From positions 57 to 64,056 of the forward strand of contig JACROD010000012.1 in NCBI GenBank assembly GCA_016214605.1: a stretch of DNA of 64,000 nucleotides, in the 5' to 3' direction. Under the pieces are notes generated by a model that searched no databases, had not been told where the DNA came from, and was given only the letters and a program-made list of their open reading frames with translations. The position numbers were made by a program, and so were the translations under genes. The stretch is from Candidatus Kaiserbacteria bacterium. Its GTDB lineage: Bacteria; Patescibacteriota; Minisyncoccia; Phycocordibacterales; UBA2100. Shown here in pieces: positions 45,735 through 53,854 of this stretch (its first letter is position 1; each line of letters begins with the position of its first letter).

Positions 45735-47138
45735 ATGATTCGTATGGCAAATGTGCGTGTGCCGCCGCAAGATATCGACACGGAGCGTGCCCTTTTGGGT
45801 GCGCTGATGCTCAGTCAGAGTGCGATGTATGAGGTCGCCGATGTGGTCGGTGTCGACTCTTTTTATGCGGGCAAACACCGTACGATCTTCGACGCGATGC
45901 TTGCACTTCATGGCAAGGGTGAGCCGATCGATGTGGTGACCCTCTCGGGCAAGCTCAAAGAGCGCAAACAGCTCAACGACGTGGGCGGATCGTCGTATCT
46001 CTCCGATCTGGTCAACGCATCCGCCTCTCCCGGCAGCGCGCGTCACTATGCGCAGATGGTACAGTCCAAATTCATATTGCGCAGCCTGATCGAAGCCGGG
46101 GCAAAGATCAATGAACTCGGTTTTCAAGAAGATCGCGAGATCGACACTGTACTCGATGAAGCACAGGCGGCCGTCTTTGCCGTCACGCAGTCCCCTACCC
46201 TCCAATCCTTTACTGCGATCAAGGACGAGCTGAGTGAAGCATGGGAGCGCCTAGAAAAGCTGCAAAAGCACGATGGCTCCATGCGTGGCGTGCCGACCGG
46301 CTTCCCTGCACTTGACAACATGCTCTCCGGATTCCAAAAGTCCGACCTCGTCATCTTGGCGGCCCGGCCTTCTATCGGTAAGACCTCGCTCGCGCTCGAT
46401 ATCGCGCGTCAGGCCGCGACCAAGCACAAGGTCCCGGTGGGCATCTTCTCGCTCGAAATGAGTAGCCAGCAGCTGGTCGATCGCATGCTCGCCGCACAGG
46501 CCGGGGTCAGTTCGTGGAAGCTACGCACCGGCAAAATCCGTGACCAAAGCGATTTTGAACGCCTCCAAGAAGGCATGAGTACACTCGCCGAAGCGCCGAT
46601 CTATATCGACGACAAGCCGGGAGCGACGGTCCTCACCATGCGCTCCGTGGCGCGCCGCCTCAAAATGGAAAAGGATCTCGGTCTCGTCATCATCGACTAC
46701 CTGCAGCTCATTACGCCGACCGCGGGCCGTTCGTCCGATTCGATGGTCCAGCAAGTGACCGAGATATCGCGCTCGCTCAAGGGTATGGCGCGCGAGCTTG
46801 ATGTGCCGGTGCTGGCGCTCTCGCAGCTTTCGCGCGCCGTCGAGCAGCGCGGCGGCCGACCGCGACTCTCGGATTTGCGCGATTCCGGCTCGATCGAACA
46901 AGACGCCGATGTCGTGATGTTTATTCATCGCGAAGACATGACCGGCAATCGCACCGAGGGCGAGCGCACCAACATCGCCGAGATCCTGATCGAAAAACAC
47001 CGCAACGGCCCTGTGGGCAAGATCGATCTCAAATTCGACGACGAGAAGACCTCGTTCATGTCGATCGACAAGAGCGACTTTGGAGACTTTGGCATGGTCG
47101 AGGCTCATGTCGACGCCGATGCGGGCGGACCGTTTTAA
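45735..47138 (+). CDS. dnaB: Replicative DNA helicase DnaB
   Basis: The N-terminal domain is QDIDTERALLGALML. Walker A is ILAARPSIGKTSLAL. The ATG at 45735 is preferred over the ORF-track start at 45660. Confidence 0.9.
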   Translation: MIRMANVRVPPQDIDTERALLGALMLSQSAMYEVADVVGVDSFYAGKHRTIFDAMLALHGKGEPIDVVTLSGKLKERKQLNDVGGSSYLSDLVNASASPGSARHYAQMVQSKFILRSLIEAGAKINELGFQEDREIDTVLDEAQAAVFAVTQSPTLQSFTAIKDELSEAWERLEKLQKHDGSMRGVPTGFPALDNMLSGFQKSDLVILAARPSIGKTSLALDIARQAATKHKVPVGIFSLEMSSQQLVDRMLAAQAGVSSWKLRTGKIRDQSDFERLQEGMSTLAEAPIYIDDKPGATVLTMRSVARRLKMEKDLGLVIIDYLQLITPTAGRSSDSMVQQVTEISRSLKGMARELDVPVLALSQLSRAVEQRGGRPRLSDLRDSGSIEQDADVVMFIHREDMTGNRTEGERTNIAEILIEKHRNGPVGKIDLKFDDEKTSFMSIDKSDFGDFGMVEAHVDADAGGPF

Positions 47139-47142
47139 GGAA

Positions 47143-47215
47143 GTTTACAGTAGACAGTTGACAGTAAAGTCCGGAAATATTTCTTCTGTAAACTGTCCTG
47201 CTGTAAACTGTAAAC
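47143..47215. repeat. Heptamer (G/A)ACAGT(T/A) direct and inverted repeat cluster in the dnaB-recR spacer
   Basis: gtTTACAGTaGACAGTTGACAGTAAAg ... cTGTAAACTGTCctgCTGTAAACTGTAAAC. A 14-mer CAGTTGACAGTAAA is shared with leuS (24114-24127). Confidence 0.6.
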
Positions 47216-47226
47216 TTGCACCCCCT

Positions 47227-47832
47227 ATGGATCCCATTGAACGACTCAGTACAATTTTTGAAAGATTCCCCGGTATCGGTCCGCGACAGGCGGCACGCTT
47301 TGTCCAATTCCTCCTGCGCTCATCGCCCGCGATCCGCCGCGATCTGATCGAATCCTTGCAGTGCCTCGGAGGGTCGGTCTCGCAGTGTGAAGAGTGCATG
47401 CGTTTTCATACGAGCAGAGAGAAGTTGTGCGGCATCTGTGCCAACCCTCGACGCGATCCGCAGTATCTCGCAGTGGTCGCATCCGATGCCGATCTGCTCG
47501 CGCTCGAGCGCAGCGGTACGTACCGCGGCATGTACTTCGTGATCGGCGGCACTATCTCGCTGGCTTCCGAAAAGGCCTCAGGCCTGCGCATTCCCGGGTT
47601 GCTGAATTCGATCTCTCAGCGCGTCGAAGCAGGACTCAAAGAAGTGATCCTCGCTTTTCCCGCCAATCCCGAAGGCGATGCCACGATGATCCGCTTGCGC
47701 GAAGATCTCGAGCCGCTCACGCTCGTGCATGAGCTCAAGATAAGCGCGCTGGGCCGTGGCCTCTCCACCGGCAGCGAACTCGAATACGCCGACCCCGACA
47801 CGATCCAGAGTGCTTTTGAGAGTCGGCGATAA
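47227..47832 (+). CDS. recR: Recombination protein RecR
   Basis: The HhH sequence (FPGIGPRQAARF), the C4 zinc finger (CxxC...CxxC), the Toprim domain and the C-terminal Walker-B-like motif are present. The ATG at 47227 is preferred. Confidence 0.9.
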   Translation: MDPIERLSTIFERFPGIGPRQAARFVQFLLRSSPAIRRDLIESLQCLGGSVSQCEECMRFHTSREKLCGICANPRRDPQYLAVVASDADLLALERSGTYRGMYFVIGGTISLASEKASGLRIPGLLNSISQRVEAGLKEVILAFPANPEGDATMIRLREDLEPLTLVHELKISALGRGLSTGSELEYADPDTIQSAFESRR

Positions 47833-47850
47833 ACTTGCTACATTAGGTTA

Positions 47851-48120
47851 ATGGCGGCGATAAAGATAATCACGGTAATTTTGTCGCTCATTGTGACCGG
47901 CCTCGGTCTTACATCACAGGTTCGCAAAAATTATCTGAGAAAGAGTGTTGACGGCCTCTCCCTATTTTACTTCGTGGTTCTTGCGATATCGTATTCTTTC
48001 TGGAGCGTGTACGGTCTCTTGCAGGAAGATCCAGTGCTCATTATTCCGATGTCTTTGGGATGTTTTGTATCATGGATTGTGGTCTTTCAATTCTATCTCT
48101 ATCGAAGCACTCCCTTCTGA
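47851..48120 (+). CDS. Small 3-TM membrane protein, SemiSWEET/PQ-loop-like
   Basis: An 89 aa ORF with three hydrophobic helices. The LTSQVRKNYLRKSVDGLSL segment sits in the PQ-loop position, with S-Q instead of P-Q. Confidence 0.4.
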   Translation: MAAIKIITVILSLIVTGLGLTSQVRKNYLRKSVDGLSLFYFVVLAISYSFWSVYGLLQEDPVLIIPMSLGCFVSWIVVFQFYLYRSTPF

Positions 48121-48143
48121 AATCAATTTGATATACTCACGGC

Positions 48144-51100
48144 ATGTCTCAGTCTGATTTCGTTCATCTCCACACCCACTCCCACTATTCCCTTCTGGAA
48201 GCATTGCCCAATATCAAGGATCTGGTAAAGGCCGCAAAGGAAGATGGGCAGACCGCGCTCGCGCTTACCGACAATGGCAACATGTACGGTGCGATCGAGT
48301 TTTACAAAGAGTGCAAGAAAAAAGAGATCAAGCCGATCATTGGCGTAGATTTCTACGTGGCTCAGCGCACGCGCCACGACAAAGAGCATCGCGTCGACGA
48401 TCGTCATAGTCGCCTGATCCTGCTCGCCAAGAATGAAGCGGGGTATCGCAATCTCCTCCTCCTAGTATCCAAGGCCTACATCGAAGGCTTTTACTATCGT
48501 CCGCGCCTCGATCGCGAGCTCTTGCAGGCATACCGCGAGGGCCTGATCGCGATCCTCCCCTCCTTTTCGGGTGAGCATGCGCGCGCACTCAAGGATGATG
48601 CGGCAGACCGAGCGCGCGAATCGCTCGATTGGTACAAACACCTCTACGGCGAGGACCTCTATCTCGAGATCACCCATCACCCCGAGATCGAAGGCCACGA
48701 GGATCTGCAAAAAAAGATCATCGCTCTGGGCAAGGAAATGCATGTGCCGCTGGTCGCCGCGCATGATACGTACTATTTGAAACAAGACGACGCGATCGCG
48801 CGCGAGCTGGTCAACAAGATCCGCACCGGCGGCACCCTGAATCGCGATCTCGACGACAATGCGCCCAATTTTTCCTTCATCCCCAAAGCCGAGGCGATCA
48901 AGCTTTTCAAGAGCACTCCGGAAGCTCTCGACAACACGATCAAGATCGCGGATCAATGCAACCTCACGCTCAATCTCGGTTCGTGGCTCTTTCCCGACTT
49001 TCCTATTCCGGCGGGCACGACGCACGATGCAGAGCTGCGCGAATTCACCTATCAGGGATTTGCGCGCCGCAATATCCCCCAAAATCCTGATATCGTCGCA
49101 CGCGTCGACTACGAGCTCAAGGTCATCGCCGACAAGGGGTATTCGCCGTACTTCTTGGTGGTGTCTGATCTGCTTCGTCATGCCAAATCCGCAGGCATCT
49201 TTACCAACACCCGCGGATCGGCGGCCGGATCGCTCGTCTCGTATCTCACGGGCATCACGACGGTCGATCCGCTCGAATACCAGCTCCCCTTCGAGCGCTT
49301 CCTCAATCCGGAGCGCCCCTCGCCGCCGGACGTCGACATGGACATCGCCGACAACAGGCGCGACGACATGATCGCATATGCGCGCCACAAGTACGGCGAC
49401 GATCACGTGGCGCAGATCGGCACCTTTGGGACCATGATGGCGCGCGCCGCCGTGCGCGACGTCTCGCGTGCACTCGGACATTCGTATGCGCTCGGCGACA
49501 AGATCGCCAAGATCATTCCCTTTGGCAAGCAGGGTTTTCCCGTCACGATTGCAGGCTCGCTCGAAGAGGTCCCTGAGCTCGCCGAGGTCTACAAGACCGA
49601 TTCGGATGCCCGTGAGATCCTCGATCTCGCACAAAAGGTCGAAGGCAATGCGCGCCATGTGGGAGTGCATGCGGCCGGGGTCGTCATCGCGCCCACGCCG
49701 GTGACGGATTTTGTGCCGATACAATTCGACCCCAAGGGCGGCAAGATGATCACGCAGTACGACATGCATGCCGTCGAAGAAGCCGGCCTTCTCAAATTCG
49801 ACTTTCTGGGTCTCACCAACCTCTCGGTCCTCGCCGATGCCGTGGCGCGCGTGCGCGATCGCCTCGGTGTCGAGATCGACATGGATCGCTTGCCGCAGCG
49901 AGATGAAAAGACCTTCGAGATGCTCTCGCGCGGCGAGACACTCGGTGTATTTCAAATGGCGAGCAGTGGCATGACTAGCTACCTGATGAAGCTGAAGCCC
50001 ACGCGCATCGACGACTTAAACGTGATGGTCGCACTCTATCGTCCGGGCCCGATGAACAACATCGACGAATACATCGCCCGCAAGAACGGCACGTCGCGCA
50101 TCACCTATCTGCACCCCAAAATGGAATCCTATCTCTCCAAGACCTTCGGCGTGCTCGTGTACCAAGACGACCTCCTCATGACCGCGATCGAGCTCGCCGG
50201 ATACACCTGGGGCGAGGTCGACAAATTCCGCAAAGCGGTCGGCAAGAAGATCCCCGAAGAAATGGCCAAACAGCACGTGATCTTCGTCGAAGGATGCCAA
50301 AAGCACACCGGCATGAGCGCCGCGATGGCAGAGAAGCTGTGGGAGCTTTTCGAGCCGTTCCAGGGCTACGGCTTCAACAAGGCGCATGCCGCGAGCTACG
50401 GCAACCTCGCGTATCAGACCGGCTACATGAAAGCCAACTTCCCTGTCGACTACATGGCGGCGGTGCTCACGGCGACCGGCGGAGATGTAGACGAGATCGC
50501 ACAGATCGTCGCCGAGTGCAAGCGCATGGGGATCGCGATCTTGCCACCGTCGATCAATCAGAGCCGCGGCAATTTTACCGTAGTGGATGACTTCTCCGAA
50601 CCAAAAAATCCTGGAAGGTCAGACCTTCCAACGGAAATAAGCCATGAAATCGATGGGAAGGTCAGACCTTCCCAAAATATGGCGATTCGTTTCGGGTTGT
50701 ACTCCATCAAGAATTTTGGCACCGGCGTTGGCGATTCGATCATCGCTGCGCGCGAGGAGGGCGGAGATTTCACCGACATTGCCGATTTCCTCTCGCGTAT
50801 TCCCGACAAGAATCTCAACAAAAAATCCCTCGAAGCCTTGATCAAGTGCGGCGCGATGGATGATCTTGGAGAGCGCGGATCGCTTCTCGCGCATATCGAG
50901 ATGCTGCTCGGATTCCATCGCGAGCACATGAAGGCGCCGTCGGACCAAGGCTCGCTCTTTGGCGGACTCATGGCCACACCGACCACACTGCGCCTGCCTC
51001 CTGCTCCCGCCGCTTCAAAAGACCAGTGTCTCGAATGGGAAAAAGAACTCCTCGGTCTCTACATCTCGGGCCATCCGCTCGACAAACATGCGGCCAAGCT

Positions 51101-51392
51101 CAGCAATGCGAAGAATACGATCAAGCATGCCAAGACGAATCTGCGTGGTGTCGACACGGTGATCGGCGGCTTTATTGAAACGGTCCGCACGATCCTCACG
51201 AAGAAAGGCGAGAAGATGGCGTTTATCAAGATCGCCGATCTGTCCGACACGATCGAGGTCGTCGCGTTTCCCCGTACGTTCAAAGAGCATGAGGCGCTCC
51301 TCGTGCCAGGCCAGTGCGTCGCGCTCAAAGGTAAGGTAGAAGAGCGCAATGGCGAACAGAGCTTTTTGATCGACAAGGTGCGCGCGTTGTAG
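48144..51392 (+). CDS. dnaE: DNA polymerase III alpha subunit
   Basis: The PHP domain is FVHLHTHSHYSLLEA...ALTDNGNMYGA. The palm/fingers and HhH regions are present. There is a C-terminal OB fold. Confidence 0.95.
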   Translation: MSQSDFVHLHTHSHYSLLEALPNIKDLVKAAKEDGQTALALTDNGNMYGAIEFYKECKKKEIKPIIGVDFYVAQRTRHDKEHRVDDRHSRLILLAKNEAGYRNLLLLVSKAYIEGFYYRPRLDRELLQAYREGLIAILPSFSGEHARALKDDAADRARESLDWYKHLYGEDLYLEITHHPEIEGHEDLQKKIIALGKEMHVPLVAAHDTYYLKQDDAIARELVNKIRTGGTLNRDLDDNAPNFSFIPKAEAIKLFKSTPEALDNTIKIADQCNLTLNLGSWLFPDFPIPAGTTHDAELREFTYQGFARRNIPQNPDIVARVDYELKVIADKGYSPYFLVVSDLLRHAKSAGIFTNTRGSAAGSLVSYLTGITTVDPLEYQLPFERFLNPERPSPPDVDMDIADNRRDDMIAYARHKYGDDHVAQIGTFGTMMARAAVRDVSRALGHSYALGDKIAKIIPFGKQGFPVTIAGSLEEVPELAEVYKTDSDAREILDLAQKVEGNARHVGVHAAGVVIAPTPVTDFVPIQFDPKGGKMITQYDMHAVEEAGLLKFDFLGLTNLSVLADAVARVRDRLGVEIDMDRLPQRDEKTFEMLSRGETLGVFQMASSGMTSYLMKLKPTRIDDLNVMVALYRPGPMNNIDEYIARKNGTSRITYLHPKMESYLSKTFGVLVYQDDLLMTAIELAGYTWGEVDKFRKAVGKKIPEEMAKQHVIFVEGCQKHTGMSAAMAEKLWELFEPFQGYGFNKAHAASYGNLAYQTGYMKANFPVDYMAAVLTATGGDVDEIAQIVAECKRMGIAILPPSINQSRGNFTVVDDFSEPKNPGRSDLPTEISHEIDGKVRPSQNMAIRFGLYSIKNFGTGVGDSIIAAREEGGDFTDIADFLSRIPDKNLNKKSLEALIKCGAMDDLGERGSLLAHIEMLLGFHREHMKAPSDQGSLFGGLMATPTTLRLPPAPAASKDQCLEWEKELLGLYISGHPLDKHAAKLSNAKNTIKHAKTNLRGVDTVIGGFIETVRTILTKKGEKMAFIKIADLSDTIEVVAFPRTFKEHEALLVPGQCVALKGKVEERNGEQSFLIDKVRAL
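50598..50682 (+). repeat. In-frame insertion within dnaE containing two copies of a 17-19 bp perfect palindrome
   Basis: GGAAGGTCAGACCTTCC (50613-50629) and GGGAAGGTCAGACCTTCCC (50655-50673) encode an extra FSEPKNPGRSDLPTEISHEIDGKVRPSQ segment. This segment is absent at the corresponding position (..HVNDDGEIVYG..) of E. coli DnaE. Confidence 0.6.
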
Positions 51393-51477
51393 ACAAGTAT
51401 GGGTAAGTATGCTATGAATATCTTGGAACATCTATGGTCGTCATAGATGTAAGGCAAAATAAGAGAAGGGATCAATC

Positions 51478-51798
51478 TTGGAATCGAAAGGAAAACGCGC
51501 CGTCGCGCGAGTGATAAGTCGCATCGGCGGACATCTCAAGGCCTATAGCATTGGAGGCGTCTACAACAAGGATCATCGCGTGGGCGAGAAGGCGGTGCTT
51601 GCGCTTTTGATGGAGAGCCCCCTCTTGTCGCTTGAAGAGCAGCGAGCCTGCGAAGAGGCGTTTGATATCGTGTCGCACCTCATCAAGCGTGATAGGGATT
51701 CGGTCAAGTCAGAATCACCATCATATGATTGGCGAAAGATGGAAAGATTGTCGCTTCAGTTTGGTCGCATGGCGATAGATATGCTCAAGTCCGCATAG
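51478..51798 (+). CDS. Hypothetical ORF in the 500 bp dnaE-thrS spacer (TTG start)
   Basis: A 106 aa ORF with no motifs. Its coding status is uncertain. Confidence 0.25.
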   Translation: MESKGKRAVARVISRIGGHLKAYSIGGVYNKDHRVGEKAVLALLMESPLLSLEEQRACEEAFDIVSHLIKRDRDSVKSESPSYDWRKMERLSLQFGRMAIDMLKSA

Positions 51799-51829
51799 GG
51801 GCGCATCACGCGACATCTCGACATTTTTC

Positions 51830-51860
51830 AACGGCATCGTAGAGGGTGCCGTTTTCTTTT
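51830..51860 (+). terminator. Terminator/attenuator-like hairpin about 40 nt upstream of thrS
   Basis: AACGGCA tcgtagagggt TGCCGTT TTCTTTTTG. Confidence 0.45.
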
Positions 51861-51895
51861 TGCTCTAGGCGATAAAATTGATATGATGCGATCAT

Positions 51896-53635
51896 ATGTC
51901 TTCAAGTCTCGAATATAAGCGCCATACACTCGCACATCTTATGGCAGCTGCTGTCAAGGATCTCCATCCAAGCGCGCTCCCCACCATTGGTCCGGCGATC
52001 GACAATGGCTTTTACTACGACTTCGATACGCATGAGATCAAAGAAGAAGATCTCAAGAAGATCGAAAAGAAAATGCGCCAAGTTCTCCCCTCTTGGAAAG
52101 CATTTACCCACGAAGTCGTCTCTGCCGACAAGGCGCGCGAGGTATTTGCCAGCAACAAATACAAGATCGAACTCATCGACAATCTGGAGAAAGAAGGTGC
52201 GACAATCACGCTCTACACCTGCGGCGGATTCACCGATCTTTGTCGCGGCGGCCACTGTGAGCATCCTGCGGCAGAGATCGCGCCGGATTCATTCCAGCTC
52301 GACAAGGTCGCAGGCGCCTATTGGCGCGGTGACGAGAAAAATCCCATGCTCACGCGCATCTACGGTCTCGCATTTGAAGACAAAGCCGGTCTCGATGCAT
52401 ATCAGGCGATGATGATTGAAGCGGAGAAACGTGATCATCGCAAGCTCGGTGCCGAACTCGATCTTTTTCATTTTGATGAATCCATCGGCAAAGGTCTCCC
52501 AATCTGGCTCCCCAAAGGCAACATCATCAAAGAAGAACTCGAAAAATGGGCAAAGGAGACGGAAACCAAATGGGGCTATCAGCGTGTGACGACCCCGATC
52601 ATCACCAAAGAAGATTTGTTCTACACATCAGGGCATCTCCCGCTCTACAAAGACAGTATGTATGCACCGATCCAGATCGAGAATGAGAATTACTACATCA
52701 AGCCGATGAACTGCCCGTTCCACCACAAGACCTTCGCCGCTCGGCCCAAGAGTTATCGCGATCTGCCGGTCCGCTATGCAGAGTACGGCTGGTGCCATCG
52801 TTTCGAAGATTCCGGCAGTCTCTTTGGTCTCATGCGTGTGCGCGGCATGCAGATGAACGATGCTCACATCTATGTCCAAAAAGAAGATGCCGTCGAAGAA
52901 TTCGTGCGCGTCATCCAGCTCCACGAGTATTACTACAAGACCCTCGGTATTGAAAATTACGAAATGGAATTGGCTCTGCGCGATCCCAAGAAAATGGACA
53001 AATATCACGGCGACGAGGAGGATTGGAAAGATGCCGAACGCATGACCATCGAGGCAATGGAAAAGTCCGGCGTGCCCTACAAAGTCGTCCACGAAGGCGC
53101 CGCCTTCTATGGTCCCAAGATGGACTTCCAGATTTATTCTTCTATAGGGCGCGCATTCACCGCTTCGACCAATCAGCTTGACCTTTTCATGGGCAAGCGC
53201 TTCGGTCTCGAATACACCGCCAAGGATGGTACCAAACAGATCCCGGCAGTCATCCACCGCGCACCTCTCGGTACACACGAACGCTTCATCGGATTCCTCA
53301 TCGAACACTACGCCGGAGCATTCCCGACCTGGCTCTCTCCGGTCCAGGTCAAGATATTGCCGGTCTCCGAAAAGCACGCTGACTATGCGGCAGAGATATT
53401 GAAGCAATTGCAGACAGCAGACATCCGCGCCGAAGTCGACGATACTGACAGCCTCGGCAAGCGCATCCGCGCCGCAAAGATGCAAAAGGTGCCGTACGTG
53501 ATCGTCGTTGGCGACAAAGAAGTAGAGCAAAAGAATCTCACCATAGAAGGCCGTGCAGGCAAATGGGAGAAGACCCCGTCGGTAGAGGAGTTTATCACGG
53601 AGATCAGTAAAGAGATCGAGACCCGTTCCCTCTAA
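51896..53635 (+). CDS. thrS: Threonyl-tRNA synthetase (short form lacking the N-terminal TGS domain)
   Basis: The SAD/editing motifs are HTLAHLMAAAV...CGGFTDLCRGGHCEH. The class II motifs 1-3 and the anticodon-binding domain follow. Confidence 0.9.
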   Translation: MSSSLEYKRHTLAHLMAAAVKDLHPSALPTIGPAIDNGFYYDFDTHEIKEEDLKKIEKKMRQVLPSWKAFTHEVVSADKAREVFASNKYKIELIDNLEKEGATITLYTCGGFTDLCRGGHCEHPAAEIAPDSFQLDKVAGAYWRGDEKNPMLTRIYGLAFEDKAGLDAYQAMMIEAEKRDHRKLGAELDLFHFDESIGKGLPIWLPKGNIIKEELEKWAKETETKWGYQRVTTPIITKEDLFYTSGHLPLYKDSMYAPIQIENENYYIKPMNCPFHHKTFAARPKSYRDLPVRYAEYGWCHRFEDSGSLFGLMRVRGMQMNDAHIYVQKEDAVEEFVRVIQLHEYYYKTLGIENYEMELALRDPKKMDKYHGDEEDWKDAERMTIEAMEKSGVPYKVVHEGAAFYGPKMDFQIYSSIGRAFTASTNQLDLFMGKRFGLEYTAKDGTKQIPAVIHRAPLGTHERFIGFLIEHYAGAFPTWLSPVQVKILPVSEKHADYAAEILKQLQTADIRAEVDDTDSLGKRIRAAKMQKVPYVIVVGDKEVEQKNLTIEGRAGKWEKTPSVEEFITEISKEIETRSL

Positions 53636-53637
53636 AG

Positions 53638-53692
53638 AGGTTGCGAGAATGAGACCTTCGCATTTTTTGCGAAGGTCTGATTCTCGCAACCT
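53638..53692. repeat. 25 bp inverted repeat immediately after the thrS stop
   Basis: AGGTTGCGAGAATGAGACCTTCGCA ttttt TGCGAAGGTCTGATTCTCGCAACCT has one mismatch across the stem. Confidence 0.7.
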
Positions 53693-53707
53693 GCCGCTCG
53701 GTGATGT

Positions 53708-53727
53708 GTGTGAATGGGCCCATTCAC
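53708..53727. repeat. Perfect 20 bp palindrome
   Basis: TGTGAATGGGCCCATTCACA. Confidence 0.7.
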
Positions 53728-53736
53728 ATACAAATC

Positions 53737-53766
53737 AAAACCGCCCCTTTCGGGGCGGTTTTGATT
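53737..53766. terminator. Bidirectional rho-independent terminator between thrS and the convergent repeat-protein gene
   Basis: AAAACCGCCCC TTT CGGGGCGGTTTT is flanked by an A-run and a T-run. Confidence 0.8.
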
Positions 53767-53854
53767 TCACTTTGGAGCGCCTTTTGGGGAGCTCGTCCGC
53801 CTTCGCACTTCGTGCTTCAGCGTGACAAGGGCGGCGGCAGTCGGTTGGTTGATG

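Noticed and set aside
45660-47250. Possible chromosomal origin (oriC) near dnaB / recR / dnaE
   Set aside because: No TTATCCACA-type DnaA boxes, no dnaA/dnaN and no AT-rich DUE were seen. The repeats present are ACAGTTG heptamers, not DnaA boxes.
48462-49955. A 497 aa minus-strand ORF, one of several long Arg/Asp-rich antisense ORFs (for example 3400-3960, 20449-21258, 27218-28141, 56128-56826, 59433-60101)
   Set aside because: Each lies antisense to a well-supported conserved gene (dnaE, gyrB, cysS and others) and has the Arg/Gly/Asp-rich, motif-free composition typical of antisense frames in GC-rich DNA.
51393-51895. Possible T-box leader upstream of thrS
   Set aside because: No AATTAGGGTGGNACCGCG-type T-box sequence or specifier-loop architecture is visible. 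There is only a short terminator-like hairpin at 51830-51860.
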